Assembly (NCBI GenBank): GCA_030265395.1
Contig: JARFYF010000084.1
Span: forward strand, 80,107,628-80,171,627
DNA: 64,000 nucleotides
Source of the DNA: Rhina ancylostomus
Taxonomy: Eukaryota
Direction: 5' to 3'
The notes beneath the pieces are model-generated. The model was not told the DNA's origin. It did not search any database and saw nothing but the letters and a program-made list of their open reading frames with translations. Position numbers and translations under genes: made by a program. How positions within the stretch are numbered: position 1 is the first letter of the stretch; each line of letters begins with the position of its first letter. Positions 51,290 to 64,000 of this stretch are shown here, one piece after another.

Positions 51290-51870
51290 TATTTTCTCTC
51301 TTGTTGACTCTTAGAATTTATAATCTTGCCATCAAGAGGATCATGAATTTCCACCTCTGAAATGACACTCAACTTCACCCTTCGCTCCGTTTATCCACTG
51401 CTGAAACAGCTCCTTCCTTCTGGCCTTGGTTATTCCAAAGTGCTTCTCACCTATTCTCCTTAAATTTGAGGCCATCCTAAACACCGCTGACACTAACTCA
51501 CTTCTGTGTTTGCTTATCTATTCTGGTTCATTGTTAAAATGCTAATCCCTTGTGTCAGATTTGACCACAATCTCACACCTCCCTATTTCTGTAATCTCTG
51601 CCAGCACTATAGTCTTCTAATATCTGCAGTCCTCTGATTTCAGCCTCTGTGTCATTGCCAACTTTAATCAGTCCACCTTTAGGGTCCCATGTCTTCAGCT
51701 GCCAACCTCTAAACTGTGGAATTCCCTTCTCTCTCAAAACACCTCTGCACTTCTTACTTTTACCAACATTTTGGTTATCTGCCTGAATATCACTACATCA
51801 TTTTCTCGTTTGATTATCTTCCTGTGGGTTCTAAGGTGGGTGCCTTTAGCAGATAAAGCCAAAGCAAATG
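51290..51870 (+). mobile_element. Old L2 LINE 3' fragment
   Basis: Decayed homolog of the 34540 segment (tccactgctgaaac; gtcttcagctgcc..cctctaaactgtggaattccct) and an L2-type tail. Confidence 0.55.
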
Positions 51871-52499
51871 TGGATCTAGGCAATAAACTAAAAAATCAAA
51901 ATAAAGTAAAATTGCCTAGAGGCAGATTTAGTCTGTTGTGGTGTGTGGCAGTAATTCGTTGGGGCAGGGATGTGTGGAAACACCCATCGACCATTGTCAT
52001 CCAGTTGTCTGACCCATCACAGTTCAGTGGTTGCTGCTTCCAATGTGGGCTGGATTTAAATGTCTGGCATCCATGTTCGGTGACATAGTATGTTGCTTTA
52101 TCCTGATTATAGAAGGGCCTGTGAAAACTACTTCTCCACCTCAGCATTAATTAGGTTGATTTCAGAGTTTGGAAAGTATCACTGTGAGCTGGGCATCTGG
52201 CTTGGAAACGTTATTGATCAGGTAAAGAATTTAACGTACTATACTTTTAAAGCATACAGAAAATGCAATGACTTTCTCTCCAGTAACAAGAGAACAAAAT
52301 AAACTTGTGTCAATTGTTAGGAGGGAAAACTAGGGGAAACGGGTAACCAGAAAGGAAGGAAATAAGAACAGATCCTGTTACAGGCTGATGGTGTGGGGCT
52401 TCTTTGGTTTTGCTATCAATGATATGACTATGACTCTTGCATCTTAATTAACCAGTCATCCAATACAGTAGACCGGGTGTGGTGTTTCCCTGTTACTCA

Positions 52500-54370
52500 C
52501 AGGAGGTGTAGGTTGCTAGTCAGGCATGCCTATTTATTATCCATCCTGAAATGCTCATGAGAAGATGGTGCTGAGCTGGCACTTTGGACTTCTTGTAGCA
52601 CAGAGAACTCTTACGGTTCTGTTTCTGTTTGTGATTTCCAAGATTTTGATGATGAAGTAATGGTGCTATAGACCATTCTTACTTGGAACATGCAATTGTT
52701 TGTTCCTGTGCACCCCTGCCTTTATCATTTCTGAGTGGCAATGTTTTAGTGTTTCGAGGTGCTTTGGCAAATTGCTTCTCCATAACTTGCAAATCCTACA
52801 CACTGTGGCCATGTTGGATTGGTGGTGCAGGGATTTAACTTGTAAGGTGGTGATGGGTTTCTGATGAAATGGGCTGTGTTATCCTGGATGAACTCAAGCT
52901 TTTGAGTATCATCAAAGCTGCACTCATCCAGGCAAATGAGTATTACATCATGTCTCTAACTTGTACCAAGTAGATTATAGAAATAGTTTGAGAAGTTAAA
53001 AGATGATTTGCTTGCCACAGAATACCTGGTCTCCGATCTGCTTTTATAGCTGCAGTGTTAGGTTTGGAGTCAATGGTAACCCTACAGATGATGGTGCTGA
53101 GGATAATGATGTTTAAGTCAAGGGGTTGTGGTTAATCTCCTTGTTGGGGTTGGTCACGGCCTAGCAGAGGTGGTGCAAATGTTACATGCCACTTATTATC
53201 ACAAGCCTGGATATTATTGGAGTCTTGCTGTGTACAAGTATCCTTCGTTACCTGAGGAGTTATGAATGGAACTGAACTCACCTATCAATGAACATCCCTA
53301 CTTCTAACTTTTTGTTGGAGGAAGATCAGTGATGAATTAGCTGGAAGTGGTTAAACATGGGATATTACCTCAGAACCATGGGCACTGATACCCTGTAACT
53401 GAGAAAAGTGGCCTACAACCATCTTTGCACAAGTTAAGATTCCAGCCAGTGAAGAATCATTTCCTGGGCTCTCATTGTCAAAGTGCTCTTGTAAAATTGG
53501 TCAATGCCACACCCAATTGTTGTCCAGCTGCAATGGATAGTCACTTTTGGGATTCAATTCTTTTGCATAGTGCTATAATGAGACTCAGCATTGAATGATC
53601 CGAACACAACCCAAAGTAAGAATTGGTGAGCAGATTATTTAAGTGCAGTTTGATAGCACTTCTATCCCACTGTGATAAGACTATTGAATGTTTCCTTTAT
53701 ATGATGAGATGGACTCTGACCTCACAATCTACCTTGTTGTGACCTTCCACCTTATTGTCTACCTGCACTGCACTTCCTCTGTAGCTGTGACACTTTACTC
53801 TGTACGGTTATTGTTTTTACCTGTATTACCTCAGTGAACTCTGTACTAATTCAATGTAACTGCACTGTGTAATGAATTAACCCACACAATCGGTATGTAA
53901 GGCAAGTTTTTCACTGTACCTCAGTACAAGTGACGATAATAAACCAATACCAATTTCTATCAGTTGCTGATGATGAGTGTAGACACTGTGGGATTGATTA
54001 GATTAGTTGTACTCTGTGGCCAGGCCATGGCTGAATAATTTTCTATTGGGGTAGATATCAGTATTGTAACTGTACTTGGAACAGTCTGTTTGGGGCACAG
54101 ATCTTTAGTACTGCAGCCAGGATGGTGTCAAGGTGCAGCCATGTGTCCTAATATCTTGTGTGTCAAATTGGCCGAGGACTGTCTTTGGTGATGGCAAGGA
54201 CCTTGGGAGCAGATGATCCACCTTGGCCTGCTTTTGATTTGTTTTTGATTGTAGTTGGTTAGAAATACGTTAACCTTTAGCACACACTGGATTCCCCATC
54301 ATCACTGAGGACTGGGTGTTCATGAAATCTTCATCTACTTTTGGTCATTCAATACTCTACCATTAATCAT
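52500..54370 (-). mobile_element. Old CR1/L2-group LINE; its tail also occurs at ~9115-9195, 21370-21560 and 55990-56215 (+) and ~7920-8130 (-)
   Basis: The 3' end (tatttattatccatcctgaaatgctcatgagaagatggtgctgagctg) is the reverse complement of the recurring tail gcagtggttcaagaagggagctcacc.ccacctt. Clade uncertain. Confidence 0.55.
53665..53955 (+). mobile_element. Rex1/Babar-type LINE 3' UTR copy nested in an older LINE
   Basis: Collinear with 13255-13518 (cccactgt.ataagact...gagatggactct...ccttattgtctacctgcactgcact...taccTCAGTACA.GTGA..aataaaccaataccaat). Confidence 0.85.
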
Positions 54371-56686
54371 GTTGCATATTGCAGAGCTTTGAACTAAAGT
54401 TTTGGTGTGAAGGTGCGATTTTTGCTCTTGTGGGAGCTAGTCTATTTTTATGGACAAATGTAAATGCAATGGATAGATGCTAAACTCAAGGCCAAGTAAG
54501 ATTATGCCTCTTGTTGACCCTCCAAATTCTCCCAAAGTCTGGTAACTGGCAAGGTCCCTCCACAATTTCTGCTGGGCTTTTATGTGCTCCCAACACATGG
54601 ACTTAAGGCTCTCTGTGCTATCCTGAATGCAGCTCTATTTTGAAGGCTCATAGGCCAGGGATTTCTGGGAATCTGTTATGATGTTGCACTTTGCCAAGGA
54701 GGTTTTGAAAACATCATTATGAGGAAGAAAACATTTAATCTCTTCCTGTGACGGAGCTCAATTAATGTCTGTTACAGAAGTCAAGTGTCTAGCGTGGTAA
54801 TGACATGACTTGCCCATTGGAACCAGTTGAATTTAGTCTGGGCCTCAGTTCTTGGTGAAAGTAGTGCAGTGTGGTGTGTGTGTGGATATTCCTGGTGCTG
54901 ATTTATTATTATGTTTAATTATACCTGATTGGTCCAGCACCCATGCACTAAAGATAATTGTATGTTTCTTTTGCTGGACCACAGCATAATGAAAAGACAC
55001 AACATCGACATTAATTGCTTTATAATATTGTAATGGAACAAAACTTGATACAGCTGTGCCATGTGTTTGATCATCAACATAAAACTTAAGGAATGATTTA
55101 AAGGAGAAACCTTTGCAAAATGGCTTGTCTTTTGAATACAGGGAATGAGCATCAAACTATATAGGGAGTTTTATTGTAGTCTTCCAATTCCACAGGGCAA
55201 TTTCTGATGGCATCGTGGAATATTCCCCTTTACCTGACTTCCACACAAAATGAATACATGCAAGCTTCCTTGTATTGTAATCTTTATATATTAAACAACA
55301 GAATCGTGCTAGTATTTTTTTTATTTTTGGAATATGCTTAAAATAGCTGAATTCAGTAGATCATAATCTTGCATCTGCTGTGTAGAAGTGAATACTGCCT
55401 TAAAAGACATAAATACAACTTTAATTCTGCCTCCTTTCCGAAGCTGCTGGCTCATGGGGTGATGTGGTTTTCCACCGCCTCTAATAACACTTTGGTGGTT
55501 TGATCAAATGCCTATCCCTCATGGGGGCCTGAACAATAATGGTCATGGGTCATTTATCCATAAGTAAATTGCAGTGTTGCATGTGTACATAAGTGTGTGA
55601 TCTCTAAACAATGGTATCACAATTGTTTATCCAGATGGGAAGTATGATGATTTTTAATATTAATTGCTCCCTGTTGCTGGTTTGTGGATATATTTGACCT
55701 CTATTCCAGATGGCTTGCTATTCATACAGAAGCAAATAACTGCTGTTGCTATTTTGTGAAGGTGTGGTGAATGCACATGGGAGAAGGGTTATATGAAGAG
55801 TGCCACTTGTTTATGACAGTAGGTTAATGTTCAAGTGGGATATATCAGGCAAATTGAATGTAAATAGATTATCACTGGACTGTCTATGGACTGCTGTTCC
55901 ACCATAAGAATTGCAACTGACATGAATTCAGCAGTAACAAATAGCAAAAAAACACTCAAAGGCACTTTTCAAAATTGCAACTCCTACCTCTAAGAACACA
56001 AGGACAGTAAGGAACAGCAAGATCCCATCAGCACCAGGGTTCTCTCCCATCTTGTGCAACACACAGACCTGGAGAAGTATCGCTGTTCCTTCAGCATGGC
56101 TGAGTCAAAATGCCTGCCCAAAGGTAATGTCGAAGCACTGTTGTCACATGCTCTGTAGCAGTTCAAAGAGGAGGCTTGCAAGGGTAGTTGTAGGCGGGGT
56201 AACAAATGCTGGTTTCACTCAATACCTCTAGAAGTAAAAATGGACCAAGAAAGCAAAGTACTTGGACTGCTGGGAAGCGCAGAGCCAGTGCTTTGTTCAG
56301 ACTTGAAATGAGAAGCAGACAATTGAAACTGTTCAAAGATCTGACTGACTGAAGATATCTGAGCTGCTTAGATAGGTAACTTCTGCTAGTTAAAACTAAT
56401 ATCCTGCACTAGATATGTTTGGTGAAAAGGAAAGGGACTGTTTTAATTTTGTATCAAATAAAACCCCACAGTCCTGTATTCATTTCTAGTAAATTAGTAT
56501 AGGGGGTAACCATTAGTTCCTGTGAACCAGTGTTACTTTTATTTCATTAAGTTCAGCTTTCCTTGTCTCCTATTCAGTCAAGCCTATTGTTGTTCTAGCA
56601 TAGACACCAAGGTGTGAAGTGTTGTGGCCATGACACAAGACGTGCACATTTGAGAATCAGGGCCAAGCTATCAGACTTTGTTTGCC

Positions 56687-56863
56687 ACAAGCAAACTGCT
56701 GGAGGAACTCAGCAGGATGAACAGCATCTGTGGGAGGATGGGAATTGAAAGGACTGGTTTTTCACCTGAAATGTCAACAATTCCTGCCCCCACCCCCACA
56801 GATGCTGTTCGACCCACTGAGATCATCCAACAGTCCGCTCCAGCATCTGCTGTCTCTTGTGTC
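56687..56863. mobile_element. Inverted dimer of the Penelope-derived repeat
   Basis: ctgctggaggaactcagcagg..acagcatctgtggg is paired with cccacagatgctgttcgacccactgagatcatccaacag, around cctgaaatgtcaac. Confidence 0.7.
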
Positions 56864-59019
56864 TGCAATAATCTGGTATTTGATTGTTTGTGAATCCTGA
56901 TGGTTCAGCATGTGGCTCACTCATTAGTTCGGAATGTGAGCTGAGGGCCCATATAGTGTGAGTGTGGTGTGTGACCAGAGCCTGAGGCGAGGTCAGGACT
57001 GCTTGAAGATTTCCTGCTTCCTTTAAACTCAATGGGTTCACTGGAAAATTTATTCTAATTTGTTTTTTTAAAAAATGAAATAGAAGTGTTTGGGATTAAT
57101 AGGAATAATATCCAATAATCCAAAAAAAACTCTAGCCCGGAACCACCAAAGCCCTAAATTATCAGAAGTCTACTATGTTTGTTTTGGAGGAAGAAGAGAA
57201 GAGTTTAAAGAGATTTTGAGCCAGAAAGTACAATCTGGGGTCAAGTTAACTGTCAGTCTGTGCTTTTGTTTTTCCTCACATCACTAGAAATAACACATAG
57301 GAAGACTTCAATATCATTAGCGCATTCAATAGCCTCAGGAATTCTCAGTGTTCCACAGCCAATCAAGTGCTGCTGCTGTCATGCAGGTAACACAGCATAC
57401 AACTTGTGTAGAAAAAAAGCCCCAAGAGCTAACTGACTAAGTCATCTGATTTGGGTGTTGGTTGAATGATTTCTTTGGCAAAGGCAAAGTCCACTTTCCT
57501 GCTTCACAAATCCCATGACTATGTTTCAATGTTCACCTGCAAGGTCAGAAGAGATCTTGCTGTACCAGATCATGCGAATTATAGTACATGCAAAGCAGCA
57601 TTCCCTCAGCGTTGCATTGGAAGTATCATTCTTGGGTGAAGTATGGGGATTGAGGCTTTGAATTTACAGCCCTCAGAATTAAGGGGAACTGCTATTTCCA
57701 TGGTTGAGATTGGATCCAATTCTTCTATATTGTGAAGGATCATTGAAGTAGCTGCGGTGTCCAGCACTCAAGTTTAGGATACTGAAGACAACTTGCTGCC
57801 AAATATAAAAAGTAGCTGCACCACAAATTTATTTTAATTTAGTCTGCAGCAGATGGTGTCACACATTGTTTTGCCATTCTTAAAGATTACCTCAAAATGA
57901 TTTCTCAGCAATGAGAGGTTTATTTTAGTGCATTATTTACCTTATGAAATAAAAGGAGATATTAACTGCAGACAGGAGCCTAATGTGTGTTCCATTGACT
58001 TTCTGAATAGATAATCCCAAGTTCAAATTCCAGGGCTGGCTGTTGTTGCTCATTTGACAAGGAAAGTCAAACACAGTGTTCTGTGTGATGTTAACCGTGC
58101 TAATATCACTTGTGCAGCATATTCTTCAGAGGTTCAGAGACCTCGATGGCCAGAGGTTTGCTGGCTTTGTGAAGTAGCTGTCACACCTGAGTTACCATTT
58201 TTGCTGCTTCTCACAGTCGACTTTAACACTTCTTAAGCCCTATCCCTCACCTGCACCTCCCCTTGACCAAACAAACACCTTGTGCTTTATTTTAAATTAA
58301 TTGGGTAATTTTTCTGTTGGGACCAATAAGATCAATAATCAACTGATTTGTTAGGTGGAGCACTTTACAATGATGGGGAATTTTATACCACACCCATTCC
58401 GCGGATNNNNNNNNNATTCAGACCAATCCTGCACATTAAAATAACTATTGAATTGAGGAAAGGTGAAAAAAAATGTGCATTTTATTTTGAATCTTTTTTT
58501 AAAAACTTAGTTGTCAGCACCATCCTAAGGTTAAGATGTGGGGCTGGGCATGGGACAGGGCAGGTGCTAGCAATGAACTCTTGCAGAAGCTGAACGTTGA
58601 GGGAAACAGTTAAGGCCAGAGAGCTTTGGGAAGTGATCGACCACCTTCGTGGGGTGCCCTGTCTTTTATGACAAAATGCTAGATAGGCTGCAACTACACC
58701 TGTGAGTTGGTGGTGGCAGAGATGCCTCAGGAGAGATGCTGTTTGTGTGGCAACAGCATAACACTTCAACTGGTGGCTCTGCTGTGTACTGTGGATATTG
58801 TGCATTGAAGAACAAATCCTACAAGGAAAAAACATACCAGTAGCTCTTAATATCATCAGATCTTTAACGTCAGGCATTTTGGCTTATTTTCCTTTCAGCT
58901 TGAAACTTTTCAAATGCAAAATGTTAACATAAATTATTTTGTAATGAGAAATGTTGCTGAAGAAAACTGGAGATTAATTTGGGTTTGTTGTGTCTTTGAC
59001 TTTGGAACTAAGAGGCAAT

Positions 59020-59290
59020 AAGATAAGATTTCTTTATTAGTCACACGTCCATCTAAACAAACAGTGAAATGCATCTTTGCGTAGAATGTTCTGGGGCAGC
59101 CCACAAGTGTCACCACTCATCCAGCACCAATACAGCATGCCCACAACTTCCTAACTCGTATGTCTTTGGAACATGGGAGGAAACCCACGCAGTCATGGGG
59201 AGAACGTACAAACTCCTTACAGACAGCAGCTGGAATTGAACCCAGGTCACTGGCGCTGTAATAGCATTATGCTAACTGCTACACTACCAT
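59020..59290 (-). mobile_element. tRNA-derived SINE with the same head but a Rex1-like tail
   Basis: The head ggtagtgtagcagttagc...ttacagcgccagtgacctgggttcaattcc matches 21960-22041. The tail is tttcactgt...gtgactaataaagaaatcttatcttat. Confidence 0.82.
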
Positions 59291-62009
59291 AAAAAGACTT
59301 TGGCCTATCAGTTTGTCTTCTCTCATCCTGCTCGTTGCATGTTACAATAACAGTACAACAGAAGTGTCAGTTTCAAACAACCAATCGTCTTTCAGACCAA
59401 GGTACACAATGAAAACCCCAGTGGTAGAAAGCTTTGGGGTGTCCAAGGTAACCTGTTCATCCCCAGCATACTACACATATCAGATTGTACATTATTCCTC
59501 CATTCTATCACAAAGACAAACTAATTTGTATTTGAATAAATCAATGTTAACTATGCAGTTGTCTCCCTGGAGAGCTCAGTTCGTAGACGGCCCACTCACT
59601 CATTGAAATTTCTTTCCACAGGCATGTTTTAAATTTACCTCCCTTCACACAGTCCATAAACTTTGCTTCTATTCTGGTGAAGATGAAGCAGTTTATCTAG
59701 TCCCTCTTAGAATTTTATAAAAAGCAAACACTTCCTCTTTCTTAAGTAGGATGTGTCAAGTTAATCTAAACCTTCATCACAATCCTAACTGATTCTAATT
59801 GCTCTGTCTACTACAGGTGCTCTTCAATTGATGGAAGATCTATCGCTTAATACTTAGCGAATAACATTTTTGGGGTGAGAGGCTAGGGGCGAGGGAAGTG
59901 GTGGTAATAATCATCCAAAATAAATATGTGAGATACAGGGATAATATGACCGTCCCTGCATTTGTTTGTCCCACAACGTTAAATTCTTGCCCATACCCCT
60001 AATCATTCTGTTCAAAACACTTCACTTAATAAAAGGGTCAGTGAAATTTCACAAGGGCTTCATTTGATTTTGGCAAGGAAAGACTTCTGTGCAAAAGCAA
60101 TTTACAGAAAGTGGATTCAACAGATACAGCTTCAGCAAAATCTGATGAGACGGTAAAGGTTGAATTTTTACTAGGGATAGAAGTTTTGTGTTTTAATACA
60201 ATGCTGGTTAATCCTAATAAAAACATTTTGCACAGAAGTTCTACCAAGTGATTCTGGGTTGTTTTTCTCTGGGATGAAGGGGGGTGGGGAACGGGTGTGA
60301 GACTGGAGAAATATTAAGAGCATGACTAATCGTTACAAGGAACGGGAATGTCCGATAGTTACAGTTATGACTAACCATTATAAATCCTGCAGATTTAATT
60401 AGGTAATCTTCTAAGTAATGATAGATTTACTCACAATTGGGTGGAGTAAACTTGATGAGCTTGCATAGCATGTTTCCTCTCTGTAAAATTTTACAGTTCA
60501 TCACCCTGCTAAAATTATTAAAACTAACAAATTGCATACTTTTTTCAATTAACTAAAGTTGATGAGAATAATTGAACTCTTTAAAATTTAACTTGGCATT
60601 AGCTTTTAGTTGTTACCAATTCCCTTTTAATGTTTAGAGTTCAGTTTTCTCACAGATTGTAACCCAGTTTGGGTTAATACTTGGTGCAATGGTTAATTAG
60701 TTTGTCTGGAAACCAGTCCTAGGGAAGGGGGGGGTGCATACGATTCAATTGAAGTGCAAACTTCCTTTGTGGCTTGTTGAAAGGGACTGCCACATTTAAT
60801 TTAATTCCAGTCATGGTCAGCATTTTTAAGAGTTCCACCACTTATGTGGACTGTGTTTGTTGCGGACAGTCATGTCCATCTCACAAAAAGCAACAGTCAT
60901 CCATCAATGCCAAATTGTTAAATCCTCCTCCAGTTACCTCATCATCCCTCTCGAACCACAACCTCCTGAGATTGCTCTTTAGAGATCAACAGCAAGGATG
61001 TGAACACCTGGATATCCTGCACCCCCATAAAAAGAACCTTATGCCTACAAACTGGACCCGTTTGCACCTATTCTTTCAATAAGTGTCTTGCAGAGGTTTT
61101 GATGTGTTTGCATCCAATTCACGTTGAGGTCCTGCCCATCAGGAAATTGGACCAGGAACTTCTTGTCAAGATTTCCCCCAGTACAGGTTTCATTTTCTAT
61201 CATATTTTGTGCATAAGGTGACATACACAGCTTGTGTTATTGACTGATTTTTCTCAGAACAATCATCAGATCATGCTGAAAGTAGTGAACAATGAGTGTG
61301 CCAAAGTGATTGCCCAGGACACTATTTGTACTTCTGTAAGAACATTCCCTGTAGATTTTGTTTAAAAAGAATTGGTGCCAGCTACCTTTGTAAAATCAAG
61401 GGGTCTATGTACTCGTAAGCCCATTAACCTATCGACCCCATGTTGCTGCTGAGTGTAGGGGCTTGGGACCACTTGTGACTAAGGGGTATAAGCAGGTCCA
61501 TTGCATGGTCAAGACGGGTCTCCCCAACTGGATCTATGCCCCATTACCCTCTCTCTCCTGCATCCCCTTTCTCATTTTCCACAATCCCAACCCCCTTGCA
61601 TCATTTCCACAATTTCCCTCCACCTCTCTCCCATTCTCCATCAACTACATGAGCTCCTTAAAAATGCTGATCCACTGTAAAGCATGCAAGTTTAGTTCTA
61701 ATGCACTTAAGAGGGAGCAAATCACAGTATCAATTTCCTAATTCAAGCATGTTGCAGTTTTGCATTTGCTTTCTTTTTTACTTAGGATTTGACGTCGCCA
61801 TTAGCAGAACCCAAATACTGCACCAAAAATGCCCCCAGTTTAATCTATGTCCTTCCCAGTCACTGTTGTTCGGAAGGATTAGTTGAGTCTGACTTCTGTA
61901 AGAAGGTTCTCTGCCATTGCTGCTTCTCGTAATTGCACACTTGAAGCCTCCAAGACCAAGCCTAATTCTTAGGAAGGCAAAGACCCTATTGGTCTCCAAA
62001 GGATTCCCC

Positions 62010-62370
62010 GTTAGGAGGGTTTAAACTAGATTGCGAGGGGCAAGGGAGCTGGAGGAATAAGTCAGAGGAAGAAGGGGATGGGGAAAAGTCAGATCTGACA
62101 GGTAGAGAGGCTTTGAGGAAGGAGAAACAGAGTACAGGCTATAAAAGTAGTAAGGTGGATGGGCTAAAGTGCATTTACTTAAATGCAAGAAGCATCAGGA
62201 ATAANNNNNNNNNNNNNNNNNNNNNNNNNNNNNNNNNNNNNNNNNNNNCTATTTTTTGTGATATTTATTAATGACTTAGATGAGGGTATGGAAGAGTGGG
62301 TGCAGATGACACAAAGGTCGGTGGGGTTGTGGATAGTGTGGAGGGCTGTCAAAGCTTACAGAGGGATATT
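62010..62370 (+). mobile_element. CR1 LINE pieces: ORF1/ORF2 junction and RT core joined across a small gap
   Basis: gggtttaaactagattg, then LKCIYLNARSIRN (start of the CR1 AP endonuclease). After the gap: LFFVIFINDLDEG...ADDTKVGGVVDSVEGCQSLQRDI. Confidence 0.82.
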
Positions 62371-63167
62371 AGTGGCGGTTTAAAGACTGTAAATTCAGAG
62401 CAGGTATGTGGATTACTGCAGTTTATGGATTATGTGATCTTTGGGTGAGCCTATAAAATGAAGCCTCAGTGTTGCAGTAATCAATGAATGGAGGGTGCTG
62501 TTGGAAGGGTTCACTTCAAACCTCTGCTGGAGGTGCAGTTTGCCATTGATACTTGCTCATTTACTAAACAGCAGATGGATCCCTCCCTCTCTCACTCTCT
62601 GTCAGAAATATTAAGTGTGCATTAACATAAAATTTTACTCTCTTTAGGAAGCAGAAAGTAATTGGGAAAGTCTTTCAAGTTAGATACAGTCTCTCCATCT
62701 TTTTTTTTCAGATTCACATTAGTTTATGGCCCAATACACCAGGGTGCAATGAAATTCCTTGCTCACGTGAAGCTCATAAGAGTAAACAGCATACATGGTA
62801 ATAATAAATACAGCAACGAGTGCAAAACAACAGAATGGTGCAAAGATAGTAGTGCAAAAAGAAATGCTAAAGTGACGATAACGGAAGAGGTAGAATTAAG
62901 AGTTCGGGAATGCACAGGAATTCATTAAGTACTGAAGTAATTTTATGTCTGCTCTCTGCATTCCGCAGCCCAGCCTGCAGCTGTCATCAGTGGAAACACT
63001 GATGTGTGAAAAATTCTTGTTGAACCTTTCGTGAGCCATATAAAATAGCATTTCCATAACCCCTTTCACGACCTCGGGGGTACTTTTTAAATGTTGTCAC
63101 TGTGTCAAGTAGAGCACGTGGTAGCCAATTTGTGCATTATCTGTTCCATGAGCTCACATCTGCACTC

Positions 63168-63430
63168 TTTTTTTAAAAATTCCAAAATAAACTTTATTCA
63201 TCATGAAAACACTCCTTGTGCAACAATAAAACAGTGCAAACCTTTACGTTCATGTACAGATCAATCATTAGTGTTACCTTTTAATATAAAAAACACAGCA
63301 CCAATGCCACTCGTGTGGCTCCCTGGGGTGCTACCCCAATCCTGTACTTACAATATTTAAGGAGCTTTCTCGCCTGACCCCGCCCCTCCCTCCAGTGGCA
63401 TAAGAACCCTAAACTGTAGTCCTTCCCCAC
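63168..63430 (-). mobile_element. Short Tx1/L1-clade 3' end with target-site duplication
   Basis: Homologous to 49763-50020 (caaaataaactttattcat, aacagtgcaaa, gccactc.tgtg..ccc.tggggtg, ct.ractgtrgtccttccccac). Flanked by cacatctgcac(t/c)c at 63155-63167 and 63431-63443. Confidence 0.78.
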
Positions 63431-64000
63431 CACATCTGCACCCTTTTACATTTGTTACAGCTTTTGAGGACTGTCAGCTGATTCCATGACATGTGACTGT
63501 GAGCTATTGGCTTACAGCTGCAGTTGCACTGTTTACTTGTGCTGACTGCAGTTGCTATCCCAAGAAAACAGAACAAAGCAAGTCATCAATGACCTCAGCA
63601 TCAGTACAGATGTAGGAAATAGCAAAGCACTCTCAAAGCCTTTGTAATTGTTGGGGAATCCACTGCCACGTACACCAACACACTCATGGTTTCAGGTTAC
63701 AAATCAACTCCCAGCATTTCTAGTGTTTTCTTAATTTTTGATATTAAATAAACTTTGTTAGTTTGTTTAAACTAAGCTTTAAACTAAGTTTAAACAAAAC
63801 TCTAAGCTTTGCAGAGTTCTTAGTGAGTTAGTGAACGGACTTTTTATGTGTCTTTAAAGTACTTCACACACAGTAAAGCACTTTTATCTTTACATATATG
63901 ATTGGTACTTGCAGAAGAGCTGCATCAATTTCATCCATGTTTCTCAGCATGACTATTTGCAACCCCGGTCAGTGCTGAAGCAAGTCAAGATCATGCTTAA

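Noticed and set aside
55149-55170. agcatcaaactatat, resembling the start of the next EEPD1 exon (S-I-K-L)
   Set aside because: It continues as YRE rather than LAVQE and has no polypyrimidine tract. The next exon was not found in this window.

Overview
Eukaryotic, AT-rich vertebrate genomic DNA with many N gaps. The repeat content (HE1/V-SINE-type and Deu-domain SINEs, abundant CR1 3' tails, Rex1/Babar, L2, RTE, Tx1-like and Penelope-derived repeats) points to a cartilaginous fish (shark or ray); this is an inference. The only host coding sequence I can support is the large first coding exon of EEPD1 (+ strand, ATG 40783, GT donor after 41645). It encodes a myristoylation-type N-terminus, two helix-hairpin-helix domains and the start of the EEP nuclease domain. 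The next exon was not found, so 41646-64000 is probably intron. The rest is mostly decayed retrotransposon sequence, and most listed ORFs are spurious or TE fragments. Most notable observations: (1) about nine short dispersed repeats, most carrying hammerhead-ribozyme-like cores and several arranged as inverted dimers, tied to a Penelope-like GIY-YIG remnant; (2) a stop/start-overlapping uORF and tandem ATG ATG at the EEPD1 start; (3) a 50-bp inverted templated insertion and a ~135-bp inverted duplication; (4) SINEs with one head but different LINE-derived tails. TE boundaries and family names were assigned by eye and are approximate.
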